The notes beneath the pieces were generated by a model. It worked only from the letters and a program-made list of their open reading frames with translations, did not search any database and was not told the DNA's origin. Below, in pieces: positions 19,857-29,715 of a DNA stretch of 64,000 bases. Position numbers and translations under genes: made by a program. How positions within the stretch are numbered: the first letter of the stretch is position 1; each line of letters starts with the position of its first letter. Origin of the DNA: an uncultured Sphingomonas sp. (lineage in GTDB: Bacteria > Pseudomonadota > Alphaproteobacteria > Sphingomonadales > Sphingomonadaceae); NCBI RefSeq assembly GCF_913062585.1, contig NZ_CAJXWX010000003.1:136438-200437 (forward strand). The letters are read 5' to 3'.

Positions 19857-19954
19857 GCCCCCTAGCTGGTGACGCCACGCCGCTGCGTCCAGAGCCCTCC
19901 CATTCGTCCGCGATCCGGCTATGGTACACGCATCCTGCCCTAATCGGAGTGCCC

Positions 19955-21811
19955 ATGTCCCTGGCCGCCCTGGCGATTCTGCTCGCCGCCCAATCCCCCG
20001 CGCCCGCCGTCGCGCCCGTCCTGACTAGCGCCGATGCGCGCGACGTGCACAGCTATGCCCGGCCGCTGGAGGCGCGGGCCACCCATGTCTCGCTGAACCT
20101 CTATGCCGATTTCGATACCCATGTGATGCGCGGGATCGCGACCCTGTCGGTCGATGCGAAGCCCGACGTCAGGCAACTCGTCGTCGACGACAACGGCCTG
20201 CGGATCGTCGCGGTGACGGACGGGCAGAATCGCCCCCTGCCCTACACCATTGGGGCGGTCGACAAGGTGCATGGCGCGCCGCTGGCCATCACGCTGAACG
20301 GCGCCCGCACGGTCAGGATCGCCTATGCCTCAGTCCCGGGCGCCAAAGCGCTGCAATGGCTGTCGCCCGAGCAGACGGCGGGCAAGAAACAGCCCTATCT
20401 GTTCAGCCAGGGCGAGGCGATCCTCAACCGAAGCTGGATCCCGACTCAGGATTCGCCCGGCATCCGTCAGACCTGGGACGCGACGATCAACGCCCCCTGC
20501 GCTCTGACCGTCGTCATGAGCGGCGAGCGGACCGGCGAGACGCCCTGTACCGATGGTCGCCACACCGCCAGCTATCGCATGGACAAGCCGGTCGCCCCCT
20601 ATCTGATCGCGCTGGCCATCGGCGACCTGAAGTTCAAGGCCTTGAGCGCCCATACCGGCATCTGGACCGAGCCTGCGATGCTCGACAAATCGGCGTGGGA
20701 ATTTGCCGGGCTCGACAAGTTCGTCACCGCGGCCGAGGGGCTGTACGGGCCCTATCGCTGGGGCCGGTATGACGTGCTGGTCCTGCCGCCCAGCTTCCCG
20801 TTCGGCGGCATGGAGAACCCCACCCTCACCTTCGCCACGCCGACCGTGCTGGCGGGCGACCGGAGCCTCGTCAGCCTGATCGCGCATGAGCTGGCGCATA
20901 GCTGGTCGGGTAATCTCGTCACCAACGCAACCTGGGACGATTTCTGGCTGAACGAAGGCTTCACCAGCTATTTCGAAAACCGGATCATGGAGTCCATGTA
21001 CGGCAAGCGCCGCGCCGCGATGGAGGCGGATCTTGCCTGGACCGACATGCAGAACGCCGTGAAGGAAGCGGGCGGCCCGCAGTCGGCCGATACCAAGCTG
21101 CACCTCGATCTGGACGCCCGTCGTGACCCCGACGACGGCATGACCCAGATCGCCTATGATAAGGGCGCGACCTTCCTGCGGACGATCGAGTCGGTCGTCG
21201 GCCGCGCGCGTTGGGACGCCTATCTGCGCGGCTATTTCGACCGCCATGCCTTCCAGCCGCAGACCAGTGCAGGCTTCCTCGCCGACCTGAAGGCGAAGTT
21301 GCTCAAGCCCGGCGAGGCTGAGAAGATCGGCGTTGACCAATGGGTCTATCAGCCCGGCATCCCAGCCAACGCCGTCCATGTCCGCTCCGACGCCTTCCCC
21401 GCCATCGACGCGGCGGCCAAGGCGTTCGCGGCCGGCGGTCCGGTGTCGGCGGTGCCGGATAAGGTGACGACGCAGGAATATGTCCGCTTCCTCGACCAGC
21501 TGCCCCGCCAGCTCTCGGCCGAGCGGCTCGCCGCGCTGGACGGACGCTTCCACTGGAACGAGACGGGCAATAGCGAGATCCGCTTCGCTTGGCTGCGCCT
21601 TGCTCTCGCCAACCGCTATCCGCCCGCCGAAGCCTCGGCCGAGCAGTTCCTAACCGCCCAGGGCCGCCGCAAGTTCGTCGCACCGCTGTTCCAGCAGCTT
21701 CAGGGACAAGGCGAATGGGGTCAGGCGCTAGCCAAGCGAATCTACGACAAAGCGCGTCCCGGTTATCATTCGGTCACGCAGGTGACGGTCGATCGCCTGT
21801 TGGGGCGATAA
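19955..21811 (+). CDS. M1 family aminopeptidase (LTA4 hydrolase-like)
   Basis: GGMEN, HELAH...WLNEGFT, YDKG; signal peptide. Confidence 0.92.
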   Translation: MSLAALAILLAAQSPAPAVAPVLTSADARDVHSYARPLEARATHVSLNLYADFDTHVMRGIATLSVDAKPDVRQLVVDDNGLRIVAVTDGQNRPLPYTIGAVDKVHGAPLAITLNGARTVRIAYASVPGAKALQWLSPEQTAGKKQPYLFSQGEAILNRSWIPTQDSPGIRQTWDATINAPCALTVVMSGERTGETPCTDGRHTASYRMDKPVAPYLIALAIGDLKFKALSAHTGIWTEPAMLDKSAWEFAGLDKFVTAAEGLYGPYRWGRYDVLVLPPSFPFGGMENPTLTFATPTVLAGDRSLVSLIAHELAHSWSGNLVTNATWDDFWLNEGFTSYFENRIMESMYGKRRAAMEADLAWTDMQNAVKEAGGPQSADTKLHLDLDARRDPDDGMTQIAYDKGATFLRTIESVVGRARWDAYLRGYFDRHAFQPQTSAGFLADLKAKLLKPGEAEKIGVDQWVYQPGIPANAVHVRSDAFPAIDAAAKAFAAGGPVSAVPDKVTTQEYVRFLDQLPRQLSAERLAALDGRFHWNETGNSEIRFAWLRLALANRYPPAEASAEQFLTAQGRRKFVAPLFQQLQGQGEWGQALAKRIYDKARPGYHSVTQVTVDRLLGR

Positions 21812-21819
21812 AACGAACC

Positions 21820-21870
21820 TTCCGAGCGGCGAAACGAGGAACGAAAAACTCGTTTCGCCGCCGGTTTTTC
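21820..21870 (+). terminator. intrinsic terminator
   Basis: GCGGCGAAACGAG..CTCGTTTCGCCGC followed by GGTTTTT. Confidence 0.6.
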
Positions 21871-21981
21871 AGGTCATCGCCGCTCGAACACCGTTCACCG
21901 GATATGGTTCCCGGCGACCTTTCCAACCTGTTTAGCCCCGGTTAATCGACACCCACACCGACATTCCGACCGGGGGGTCAT

Positions 21982-22530
21982 GTGAAGTTCAAGGCATTTG
22001 CAGTGCGATTCGCGCTGATGGCATCGTGCGGCCTGATGATGGCCACCCCCGCTGCCGCGCAGTTCTGGCAGTGCGCACCCTATGCCCGCGAAATCTCGGG
22101 CATTGATCTTCACGGCAACGCCAACACCTGGTGGGGCCAGGCCCAGGGTCGCTACGACCGCGGCCACACGCCGCAAGAGGGTTCGGTCCTCGCCTTCGAA
22201 GCCACCAGCCGGATGCGCGTCGGCCATGTCGCTATGGTCAGCAAGGTCGTCAGCGACCGCGAAGTCCTCCTGACCCATGCCAACTGGTCGCGTCGCGGCG
22301 GCATCGAGCGCGACGTCCGCGCCATTGACGTCTCGCCGAACAACGACTGGTCGATGGTCAAGGTCTGGTACGGCCCGACCGGCGGCCTGGGTACCTCGGC
22401 CTATCCGACCAAGGGTTTCATCTATTCGGGTCACAAGAACGGCACCGCCGACCTGCCCGCCACCCAGATCGCCTCGCGCGACAGCGGCCGCGTTTCGGGC
22501 ATCCTGACCTTCGCGGCGCCGGTTCAGTAA
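21982..22530 (+). CDS. CHAP domain cell-wall hydrolase
   Basis: WQCAPYAR, GNANTWW, GHVAMV, THANW; GTG start. Confidence 0.88.
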   Translation: MKFKAFAVRFALMASCGLMMATPAAAQFWQCAPYAREISGIDLHGNANTWWGQAQGRYDRGHTPQEGSVLAFEATSRMRVGHVAMVSKVVSDREVLLTHANWSRRGGIERDVRAIDVSPNNDWSMVKVWYGPTGGLGTSAYPTKGFIYSGHKNGTADLPATQIASRDSGRVSGILTFAAPVQ

Positions 22531-22589
22531 TTTCCCACCTGCCCTGCCCCGAGCGAGGTCAGGAAAGCTTAGCCCAAAGCGCGGAACGT

Positions 22590-22718
22590 GCGCTTCGACT
22601 TCGCTCGGCGTGAGCGGGGGTTGGTGCTGACGACTTTAAAGAGCAGCGGATCAACCTGGCTCGCCCCCGAAACGGAAAATCCCCAAAACCCCGTTCCGCC
22701 TGAGCGAAATCGAAGGCC
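22590..22718. repeat. inverted pair of 28-bp REP-like units
   Basis: 22590-22617 and 22691-22718. Confidence 0.75.
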
Positions 22719-22748
22719 AAGGGAAAAGCTCACCGCCCGCGAGCGATC

Positions 22749-23243
22749 TTACCCCGCCCGAAACGTCATCGCCACGCCGTTCATGCAATAGCGCTTGCCG
22801 GTCGGCTTCGGCCCGTCGTCGAAGACATGGCCCAGATGCCCGCCACAGCGGCTGCAATGCACCTCGACTCGCTCCATCATCAGCGACCGATCGTTGCTCG
22901 TCCCTACCGCACGGGGCAGCGGCGCCCAGAAGCTGGGCCAGCCCGTGCCGCTGTCGAACTTGGTCTTCGAGGAGAATAGCGGCTGCGCGCAGCCCTTGCA
23001 GGCGAAGATGCCGCCACGATGCTCGCCGTTAAGCGGGCTGGAATAGGGCCGCTCGGTCCCTTCCTTGCGCAGGACGTCATAGGCTGCCGGGCCGAGCTTC
23101 TGCCGCCAGGCGGCATCGCTCATCGTCACGGGAAAGCGCTCCGCCGCATCGGCCTGGCGGCCACAAGCCGACAGGCCCACGCCCAGCGTGCCCAGGCCCA
23201 TCAGCGACAGGAAAGTGCGGCGATCGGAAGAGGATGCGGTCAT
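22749..23243 (-). CDS. msrB: peptide-methionine (R)-S-oxide reductase
   Basis: KFDSGTGWPSF, RVEVHCSRCGGHLGHVFDDGP, RYCMNG; N-terminal RRTFL and LSAC. Confidence 0.92.
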   Translation of the reverse strand: MTASSSDRRTFLSLMGLGTLGVGLSACGRQADAAERFPVTMSDAAWRQKLGPAAYDVLRKEGTERPYSSPLNGEHRGGIFACKGCAQPLFSSKTKFDSGTGWPSFWAPLPRAVGTSNDRSLMMERVEVHCSRCGGHLGHVFDDGPKPTGKRYCMNGVAMTFRAG

Positions 23244-23320
23244 AAACACAAGATAGGAAAGCGGTGCAGGCCGGAAAAGGGTGCCTTCCATCCTCCCTAT
23301 TTCCAATAGGAAGGACCGTC

Positions 23321-24547
23321 CTACGCCCGCTTGCGCCGCCAGAAAGGCCGGACGCTCCCCGATTGCAGCACGCCGCGCCGGAACAACCGAGCCCCCAGCG
23401 TGACGAACAGCGCGACCCACAGCGCCTGCCACGCCAGCGCCACGGCATGAGGCCACAGCGTGTCCCTGGCCGCCGCCATGCCCGCCATCGCAAAGGGCGA
23501 GGACAGCGGAAACACCTCGGCGATCACCGCCAGCCAGCTATCGGGCTTGGACAGGCCGCTGAGCGTCAGGGTGAACATGCCGACCTGCACGATCGTGATC
23601 GGCAGCGACAGCATCTGGATCTCGCGCATGGTCGATGCCTGCGCCCCGATGGTCAGGAACACCGATCCCAGCAGCAGATAGGCCATGGTGAAATAGGCGA
23701 CGAACAGGACCGCAAACATCGGCAGGCCGATGGCGGGCGACAATTCGCCGACCATACCGGCAAAGCTGGGGGGCAAGATGCTCGTCAGCTGGCCGAGCAC
23801 GGTGCCCCAGAAGCCGACGAACAGCACCGCCACCCCGAACATGCCGAGCAGCTTGCCCAGGAACACCGCCTCCAGCGGCACGGCGGCAGCCAGCACCTCG
23901 ATCACCTTGTTCGACCGCTCCTCGGCCATGGTGCCGACCACCTGCCCCGCCAGGAACAGGGTGAGGAAGAAGACGCCGAACACCGCCAGGAACGCGGTCT
24001 GGTTCTGCCCGCCCAGCGTCGCGCGCTGGCGGACGAACGGCGTCTTGACGGCCGCGACCTGCGGCAGATGGCCGCCGACCCGATCCGCCACGAGCGATTG
24101 CCCCGCCAGGACGGCCAGATAATCCGCCGCACGCGCGCCACGCGCGCCATACAGGATCGTCGGCCGTTCGAGCGGGCCGTACAGCACCGCCGTGGCATCG
24201 TAATCGCGCGCCTCGAACGCTGCGCGCGCCTGGGCGGCGGGATCGCGGGCGGGGGCCAGCGTCTTCAGTGCGGGCGGCTCCTCGTCGCGCCGGAACACGG
24301 TGCGGGTGCGCGTGTCCGCCTCGACAAAGGCGCGGGCGATCGCATCCGGCACGATGGCGACGATCTTTACCCGGTCCGCGCCATGATCCGCCGCCTGCGC
24401 CGCGCCCATCGCCCCGATCGTGCTGAACGCGACCATGATCAGCGGCGCGAACAGGAACAGCAGGAAGATCGGCGTGAAGACGGTCGCGATGAAGTCGCGC
24501 CGCGCGATCGTCAGCGTCTGGCGGATCAGCCGCCGGCTCGGGCTCAT
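23321..24547 (-). CDS. ABC-2 type transporter permease (NatB/YhaP-like)
   Basis: EERSNKVIEVL, LGKLLG, FPLSSP. Confidence 0.85.
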   Translation of the reverse strand: MSPSRRLIRQTLTIARRDFIATVFTPIFLLFLFAPLIMVAFSTIGAMGAAQAADHGADRVKIVAIVPDAIARAFVEADTRTRTVFRRDEEPPALKTLAPARDPAAQARAAFEARDYDATAVLYGPLERPTILYGARGARAADYLAVLAGQSLVADRVGGHLPQVAAVKTPFVRQRATLGGQNQTAFLAVFGVFFLTLFLAGQVVGTMAEERSNKVIEVLAAAVPLEAVFLGKLLGMFGVAVLFVGFWGTVLGQLTSILPPSFAGMVGELSPAIGLPMFAVLFVAYFTMAYLLLGSVFLTIGAQASTMREIQMLSLPITIVQVGMFTLTLSGLSKPDSWLAVIAEVFPLSSPFAMAGMAAARDTLWPHAVALAWQALWVALFVTLGARLFRRGVLQSGSVRPFWRRKRA

Positions 24548-25464
24548 GCCGCATTCTCCTGGGACGCCTGCTCGCCGACGATGCGGACAAAGGCTTCGTG
24601 CAGACTCGGACGTTCGATCGACAGATTCCATATGCCCGCCCCCGCCGCCAGCAGGCGCCCCAGCACCGGCTCGATCCCCTCGTCGGGCAGCGAAAAGCGC
24701 CAGTCGGTGCCGTCAGGCCGCGCATCGGCAGGTAACAGCTCGGGCGTCACCCGGTCGGGATCGCGCGGGCGATAGCGGACCAGCGAGGGCAAGGTGCCCC
24801 GCGCCTCGTCGACCGTCCCCTCGAACCGCCGCTGCCCGCCCGCAATGATCGCCAGCCGGTCGCACAGCCGCTCGGCATGGGCCATGACATGGGTGGAGAA
24901 CAGGATGGTGGCCCCGCGATCCCGCTCGCCCAGCATCAGCGCCTCCAGCCGCTCCTGGTTGACCGGGTCCAGCCCCGAAAAGGGCTCGTCCAGCACCAGC
25001 AGCCGGGGACGGTGCACGACCGCGCCGAGCAGCTGGACGAGCTGCGCCATGCCCTTCGACAATTTGCGGATCTTGGTATCGGCGGCATGGCCGAGCCCGG
25101 CCTGCTCCAGCAGCTCGATCGCCCGTGCCCGCCCGGTCTTCCAGTCGAGCCCGCGCAGCGCGCCCATGAAGGCGATCGCCTCGCGCGCCTTCATCGCCGG
25201 GTACAGTCCGCGCTCCTCCGGCAGATAGCCGACCAGGTCGCTGGCGTCGCGCGGATGCGCATGACCGAGCAGCGTGCGCTCCCCCTCATCGGGTTCGATG
25301 ATGCCCAGCAACATGCGCAGCGTCGTGGTCTTGCCCGCGCCATTGGGCCCCAGCACGCCGTACACCGCGCCCGTGGGCACCGCGATATCGACGCCATCGA
25401 CGACGCGCCGGTCGCCGAATCGCTTGGCGAGGCCCGAGGCGTTGACCGCCCACTGATTATCCAC
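24544..25464 (-). CDS. ABC transporter ATP-binding protein
   Basis: GPNGAGKTT, LSKGMAQ, LDEPFSGLD, STH; GTG start inferred. Confidence 0.9.
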   Translation of the reverse strand: MDNQWAVNASGLAKRFGDRRVVDGVDIAVPTGAVYGVLGPNGAGKTTTLRMLLGIIEPDEGERTLLGHAHPRDASDLVGYLPEERGLYPAMKAREAIAFMGALRGLDWKTGRARAIELLEQAGLGHAADTKIRKLSKGMAQLVQLLGAVVHRPRLLVLDEPFSGLDPVNQERLEALMLGERDRGATILFSTHVMAHAERLCDRLAIIAGGQRRFEGTVDEARGTLPSLVRYRPRDPDRVTPELLPADARPDGTDWRFSLPDEGIEPVLGRLLAAGAGIWNLSIERPSLHEAFVRIVGEQASQENAA

Positions 25465-25504
25465 GCAACTGTTCCTCCCTGAACGCCTGTGGTAGCGGGC
25501 GCAT

Positions 25505-26554
25505 GTGGCGCAAGACAAGCTGGAAACCCGGATCAAGGCAAAAGCGGCCGAACTGGGCTTTGCCGCGGTCGGGATCACCCATGCCGACGCCGCGCCGAAA
25601 ACGGCCGAGCGGCTGCACCAATGGCTCGCCGAAGGGCGCCACGGGTCGATGATCTGGATGGCCGACCGTGCGCATCAGCGGCAGAGCCCGGCGAGCCTCT
25701 GGCCCGAGGTGAAGAGCGTCATCTCGCTGGGGGTCAGCTATGCCCCGGCCGAGGACCCGATGCGGCTGGCCGATCACGGGCGGATCGGGCGCATCTCGGT
25801 CTATGCGCAAGGGGCCGATTATCATGACGTGGTGAAGCGCCAGCTAAAGGCGCTGGGTCGCTGGCTGGCGCAGGAGGGCGGGTGCGACCTGAAGGTCTTC
25901 GTCGACACGGCGCCGGTCATGGAAAAGCCGCTGGCCGAGGCGGCGGGGCTCGGTTGGCAGGGCAAGCACACCAATTTGGTCAGCCGGACCCATGGCAGCT
26001 GGCTGTTCCTGGGCGCGATCTACACCACGCTGGCGCTGGAGCCCGACGCGGTGGCGCGCGATACGTGCGGACGCTGCGATGCGTGCCAGCATGCCTGCCC
26101 GACCGATGCCTTTCCCGCGCCCTATCAGCTCGATGCGCGGCGGTGCATTTCGTACCTGACGATCGAACATGCCGGGCCGATCCCGGATGAGTTCCGGACG
26201 GCGATCGGCAACCGCATCTATGGCTGCGACGATTGCCTGGCAGTGTGCCCGTGGAACAAGTTCGCGGCCGTCGCGCAGGCGAACATGGCGTTCCATCCCC
26301 GCGCCGAGCTGACCGCGCCGGAGCTGGGGGATATTCTCTCGCTGGACGATGCGGGGTTTCGGCAGGTTTTTGCGGGGTCGCCGATCAAGCGGATCGGACG
26401 GAACCGGATGGTGCGCAACGCGGCGATCGCAGCGGGGAATAGCGGTGCGGCGGAGTTGGTGCCGGTGTTGCGGGGGTTGTTGGGGGATGCCGATCCGGTT
26501 GTCGTCGAGGCGGCGGGATGGGCTTTGGGGCGGTTGGGTGAGGGAGTGGCCTAG
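25505..26554 (+). CDS. queG: epoxyqueuosine reductase
   Basis: DYHDV, VDTAPVMEK, CGRCDACQHACPT, IYGCDDCLAVCPWN. Confidence 0.92.
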   Translation: MAQDKLETRIKAKAAELGFAAVGITHADAAPKTAERLHQWLAEGRHGSMIWMADRAHQRQSPASLWPEVKSVISLGVSYAPAEDPMRLADHGRIGRISVYAQGADYHDVVKRQLKALGRWLAQEGGCDLKVFVDTAPVMEKPLAEAAGLGWQGKHTNLVSRTHGSWLFLGAIYTTLALEPDAVARDTCGRCDACQHACPTDAFPAPYQLDARRCISYLTIEHAGPIPDEFRTAIGNRIYGCDDCLAVCPWNKFAAVAQANMAFHPRAELTAPELGDILSLDDAGFRQVFAGSPIKRIGRNRMVRNAAIAAGNSGAAELVPVLRGLLGDADPVVVEAAGWALGRLGEGVA

Positions 26555-26559
26555 CCCCG

Positions 26560-26704
26560 GCCCTCCCCCATCCCCTCCCGCCTGCGGGAGGGGCGTGCCT
26601 GGCCCGAAGAGTAAGCGCTCCTGCAAGCAATGAACGTGTTGCTTATGCTGGATACGAGCCAAGCATCGCACCCCTCCCGCAGGCGGGAGGGGATGGGGGA
26701 GGGC
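26560..26704. repeat. inverted pair of CCCCTCCCGC-type palindromes
   Basis: 26560-26593 and 26671-26704 are reverse complements. Confidence 0.8.
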
Positions 26705-26737
26705 AACGGTGTCTCACCGAGCCCCCACCCCCAATAA

Positions 26738-27634
26738 TCAATCCACCCAATCCAACCCGATATCCTTGTAAACCGACCGATCCTCGTCCCAGCCCGGCTT
26801 CACCTTCACGTGCAGATACAGATGCACCTTATGCCCCAAGATGCGCGACAGCTCCTCGCGCGCCTTGGCCCCGATCTCCTTGATCCGCACCCCGTTCTTG
26901 CCCAGCACGATGGCGCGCTGGGTGGGGCGTTCGACCAGGATCTGCTGGTGGATCTCGACCGATCCGTCCTCGCGCTCCTTATAGGCTTCGGTCTCGACCG
27001 CGCTGGCATAGGGTAGCTCGGCGTGGAGCTGGAGATAGATCTGCTCGCGCGTCACCTCGGCGGCCAGCGCGCGCTCGGTCGCGTCGGAGACCTGGTCCTC
27101 GGGATAATGCCACGGCCCCTCGGGCATCAGCTTGGCGAAATGCGCCTTCAGTTCGGGCAGGCCGTCGCCGGTCTGGGCCGAGACGAACCAGATTTCGTCG
27201 AACGGCACGACCGCGTTCAGCTTTTCGGCATGGCCCAGCAGCCGCGCCTTGTCGGCGATGTCGACCTTGTTGAGGATCAGATGCTTGGGCTCGGGCCGTT
27301 GCGCGATCGACTCGGCGATGGCGGTGACCTTGGGGCCGATGCCGCCCTTGCCATCGACCACCAGCGCCAGGATGTCCGCGCCCTCCGCGCCTTCCCAAGC
27401 GGCGGCGACCATCGCGCGGTCCAGGCGGCGCTTGGGCTCGAAGATTCCCGGCGTGTCGACCAGCAGGATCTGCGCCTCGCCCTCGATCGCCACGCCGAGC
27501 AGCTTGGCACGCGTCGTCTGCGCCTTGGGGCTGACGATGGCGACCTTCTGGCCGACCAGCGCATTGACGAGGGTGGATTTGCCGGCATTGGGCGCGCCGA
27601 CGACGGCCACGAGGCCGCAACGTTGTTCAGTCAT
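26738..27634 (-). CDS. era: GTPase Era
   Basis: GAPNAGKST, QTTR, DTPG, NKVD, KH domain ELPY..IVLGKNG. Confidence 0.95.
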   Translation of the reverse strand: MTEQRCGLVAVVGAPNAGKSTLVNALVGQKVAIVSPKAQTTRAKLLGVAIEGEAQILLVDTPGIFEPKRRLDRAMVAAAWEGAEGADILALVVDGKGGIGPKVTAIAESIAQRPEPKHLILNKVDIADKARLLGHAEKLNAVVPFDEIWFVSAQTGDGLPELKAHFAKLMPEGPWHYPEDQVSDATERALAAEVTREQIYLQLHAELPYASAVETEAYKEREDGSVEIHQQILVERPTQRAIVLGKNGVRIKEIGAKAREELSRILGHKVHLYLHVKVKPGWDEDRSVYKDIGLDWVD

Positions 27635-27769
27635 GTGCCAGCGGTACAGGTCCCGCCCCCTTCCCGCAACGGCCAGACCACATGGACAGAATGTAATGGC
27701 TCCATCACGGAACGGCCAAGCCGGCGCGCGCATTTTCGGCCCACGAATTCGAGTGCAAGGAGAGACGTT

Positions 27770-27991
27770 ATGAAGACCCTTCTCACCGCCCTGTCGGCTG
27801 CCGCCTTGCTGACCGTCGCGGGCCCGGCCTCGGCCAAGGGATGCCTGAAGGGTGCGGCCGTCGGCGCGGTCGGCGGGCATTTCGTCGGCAAGGGCCATGC
27901 TGTGCTCGGCGCGGCGGCGGGCTGCGCAGTCGGCCATCACCGGGCCAAGGTGCAGGCCAAGAAGGAAGCAGCCGCCGCCAAGGGGCGCTGA
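27770..27991 (+). CDS. small secreted glycine-zipper-like protein
   Basis: AAGGAG RBS, signal peptide, KGCLKGAAVGAVGGHFVG.GH..LGAAAGC. Confidence 0.75.
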   Translation: MKTLLTALSAAALLTVAGPASAKGCLKGAAVGAVGGHFVGKGHAVLGAAAGCAVGHHRAKVQAKKEAAAAKGR

Positions 27992-28022
27992 TCTCGGTAG
28001 TTACTGGGCGAGGTCGGGGCAT

Positions 28023-28110
28023 GGGCTTCGACTTCGCTCAGCCTGAACGGCTGTTCTGGAAGGCAGCCACACATCCAAACCGACGTTCGGCCTGAGCGAA
28101 GTCGAAGGCC
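28023..28110. repeat. inverted pair of 28-bp REP-like units
   Basis: 28023-28050 and 28083-28110. Confidence 0.8.
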
Positions 28111-28132
28111 ACGCCCAGACCTCGCCCCCCCC

Positions 28133-28798
28133 TCAAGCCTTCAGCTTCGCCAGCAACGCCTTCGCAGCGGCCGTCTCCGCCTCCTGCTTGTTCGCACCCG
28201 ACGCAGAGGCCTCCGCCGTCCGCCCGATCCGCACCGTTACCGTAAAGCGCGGCGCGTGATGCGGCCCCGAACGATCCGTCACCACATATTCGGGCGCCTT
28301 GCGATTATGCGCGGCCGCCCATTCCTGCAGCGCCGACTTGGGATGCTGCGGCGCCTTGCCCTGCGCGTGGACCCGGTCGCCCCAGGCCTTGCGGACGAAC
28401 GCCCGCGCCGCCTCCAGACCCGCCTCGCGATACCAGGCACCGATCAGCGCCTCCATCACGTCACCCAGCACATTGTCGCTGTCCGAGGCGCCATCGTCGC
28501 GCGCCTGCTTCCCCAGCTTCAGATGGTCGCGCACGCCCAGATCGCGCGCGACATCGGCACAGACCGCCCCCGTCACCAGCGCGTTGAGGCGGCGCGACAG
28601 CTGCCCCTCGGGCTCGGCGGGGAACTGCTCCCACAGCCATTCGGCCATGATGAGGCCCAGCACCCGGTCGCCCAGAAACTCCAGCCGCTCGTAATTCTCG
28701 GCCGCCTGGCTGCCATGGGTCAGCGCGCGGTGGAACGGGGCGGCATCGGCGGGGGCACGGCCGAGGATACCGGCCAGCCAGTCATCGACCGTGCTCAA
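28133..28798 (-). CDS. rnc: ribonuclease III
   Basis: NYERLEFLGDRVLG, DVMEALIGA, C-terminal dsRBD; TTG start overlapping lepB stop. Confidence 0.95.
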   Translation of the reverse strand: MSTVDDWLAGILGRAPADAAPFHRALTHGSQAAENYERLEFLGDRVLGLIMAEWLWEQFPAEPEGQLSRRLNALVTGAVCADVARDLGVRDHLKLGKQARDDGASDSDNVLGDVMEALIGAWYREAGLEAARAFVRKAWGDRVHAQGKAPQHPKSALQEWAAAHNRKAPEYVVTDRSGPHHAPRFTVTVRIGRTAEASASGANKQEAETAAAKALLAKLKA

Positions 28799-29589
28799 AA
28801 CCCCTCTCCGATCCGGTTCCAGCGCGCGGCCGATACCCAGGTCCAGGGCTTGATCCACTCGGCCGAGCCATCGGTCGAGAAGAAGGTGATCGCCGCGCGG
28901 CCCTCCAGCCGGTTCATCGGGATCATGCCCATGCCCTGGGGCGGGGCGAAGCGGCTGTCGGCCGAGTCGTCGCGATTGTCGCCCATCAGGAAGACATGCC
29001 CCTCGGGCACCTTGTAGAGGACCGTATCATCGCGATCGGGGAAATTGCCCTGGTCCAGCACCTCGTAGCTCTTGCCGTTCGGCAGCGTCTCGCGGAACCG
29101 GGCATAGCGGCAGACGGGCTTGCCATCGACCGTATCGACGAACGGGCCGCATTCCTTGAACCCGAAATTGGGCGTCAGCGGCAGGATGAAGTCGGCCACG
29201 CGCTGCTTGGGGATCGGGCGGCCGTTCAGGATCACCTGACCGTTCGTCACCTGGATCGTGTCATTGGGCAGGCCGATCACCCGCTTGATGACGTCATGAT
29301 CGTCAGGCCCCGGCGAGCGGAACACCACCACGTCGCCGCGCGCCGGATCGCGCGCCAGGATATGGCCGGGCAGCAGCGGCAGGCCGAAGGGCAGCGACCA
29401 GCGCGAATAGCCGTAATTCCACTTCGTCACGAACAGATAGTCACCGATCAGCAGGCGCGGCAGCATTGATTCCGACGGAATGACGAACGACGTCACGATG
29501 AAGCTGCGCAGGATGAAGACGAACAGCGCCAGCTTCAGGAAAAAGCGCAGCGTGTCCTTCGCCTCGGACTTTTGTGGGGTATCGGCCAT
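28795..29589 (-). CDS. lepB: signal peptidase I
   Basis: IPSESM.P.L, IKRVIGLP, GDNRDDSADSR. Confidence 0.95.
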   Translation of the reverse strand: MADTPQKSEAKDTLRFFLKLALFVFILRSFIVTSFVIPSESMLPRLLIGDYLFVTKWNYGYSRWSLPFGLPLLPGHILARDPARGDVVVFRSPGPDDHDVIKRVIGLPNDTIQVTNGQVILNGRPIPKQRVADFILPLTPNFGFKECGPFVDTVDGKPVCRYARFRETLPNGKSYEVLDQGNFPDRDDTVLYKVPEGHVFLMGDNRDDSADSRFAPPQGMGMIPMNRLEGRAAITFFSTDGSAEWIKPWTWVSAARWNRIGEGF

Positions 29590-29715
29590 GCCCAGCGGGT
29601 TCGCGCAACCGCTTCGCGCCGTCAACCCAGCTCTTCAGGCCGCTCGACTCTTTCGCCGGAGGATCGGGGCCGTTAGAGGAACCGCCCCCGCCCTCATCGG
29701 TACATCCCTACACCC

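Noticed and set aside
19857-19954. LexA (GTTC-N7-GTTC) box before the HIRAN gene
   Set aside because: No match found; none seen before the exonuclease cluster either
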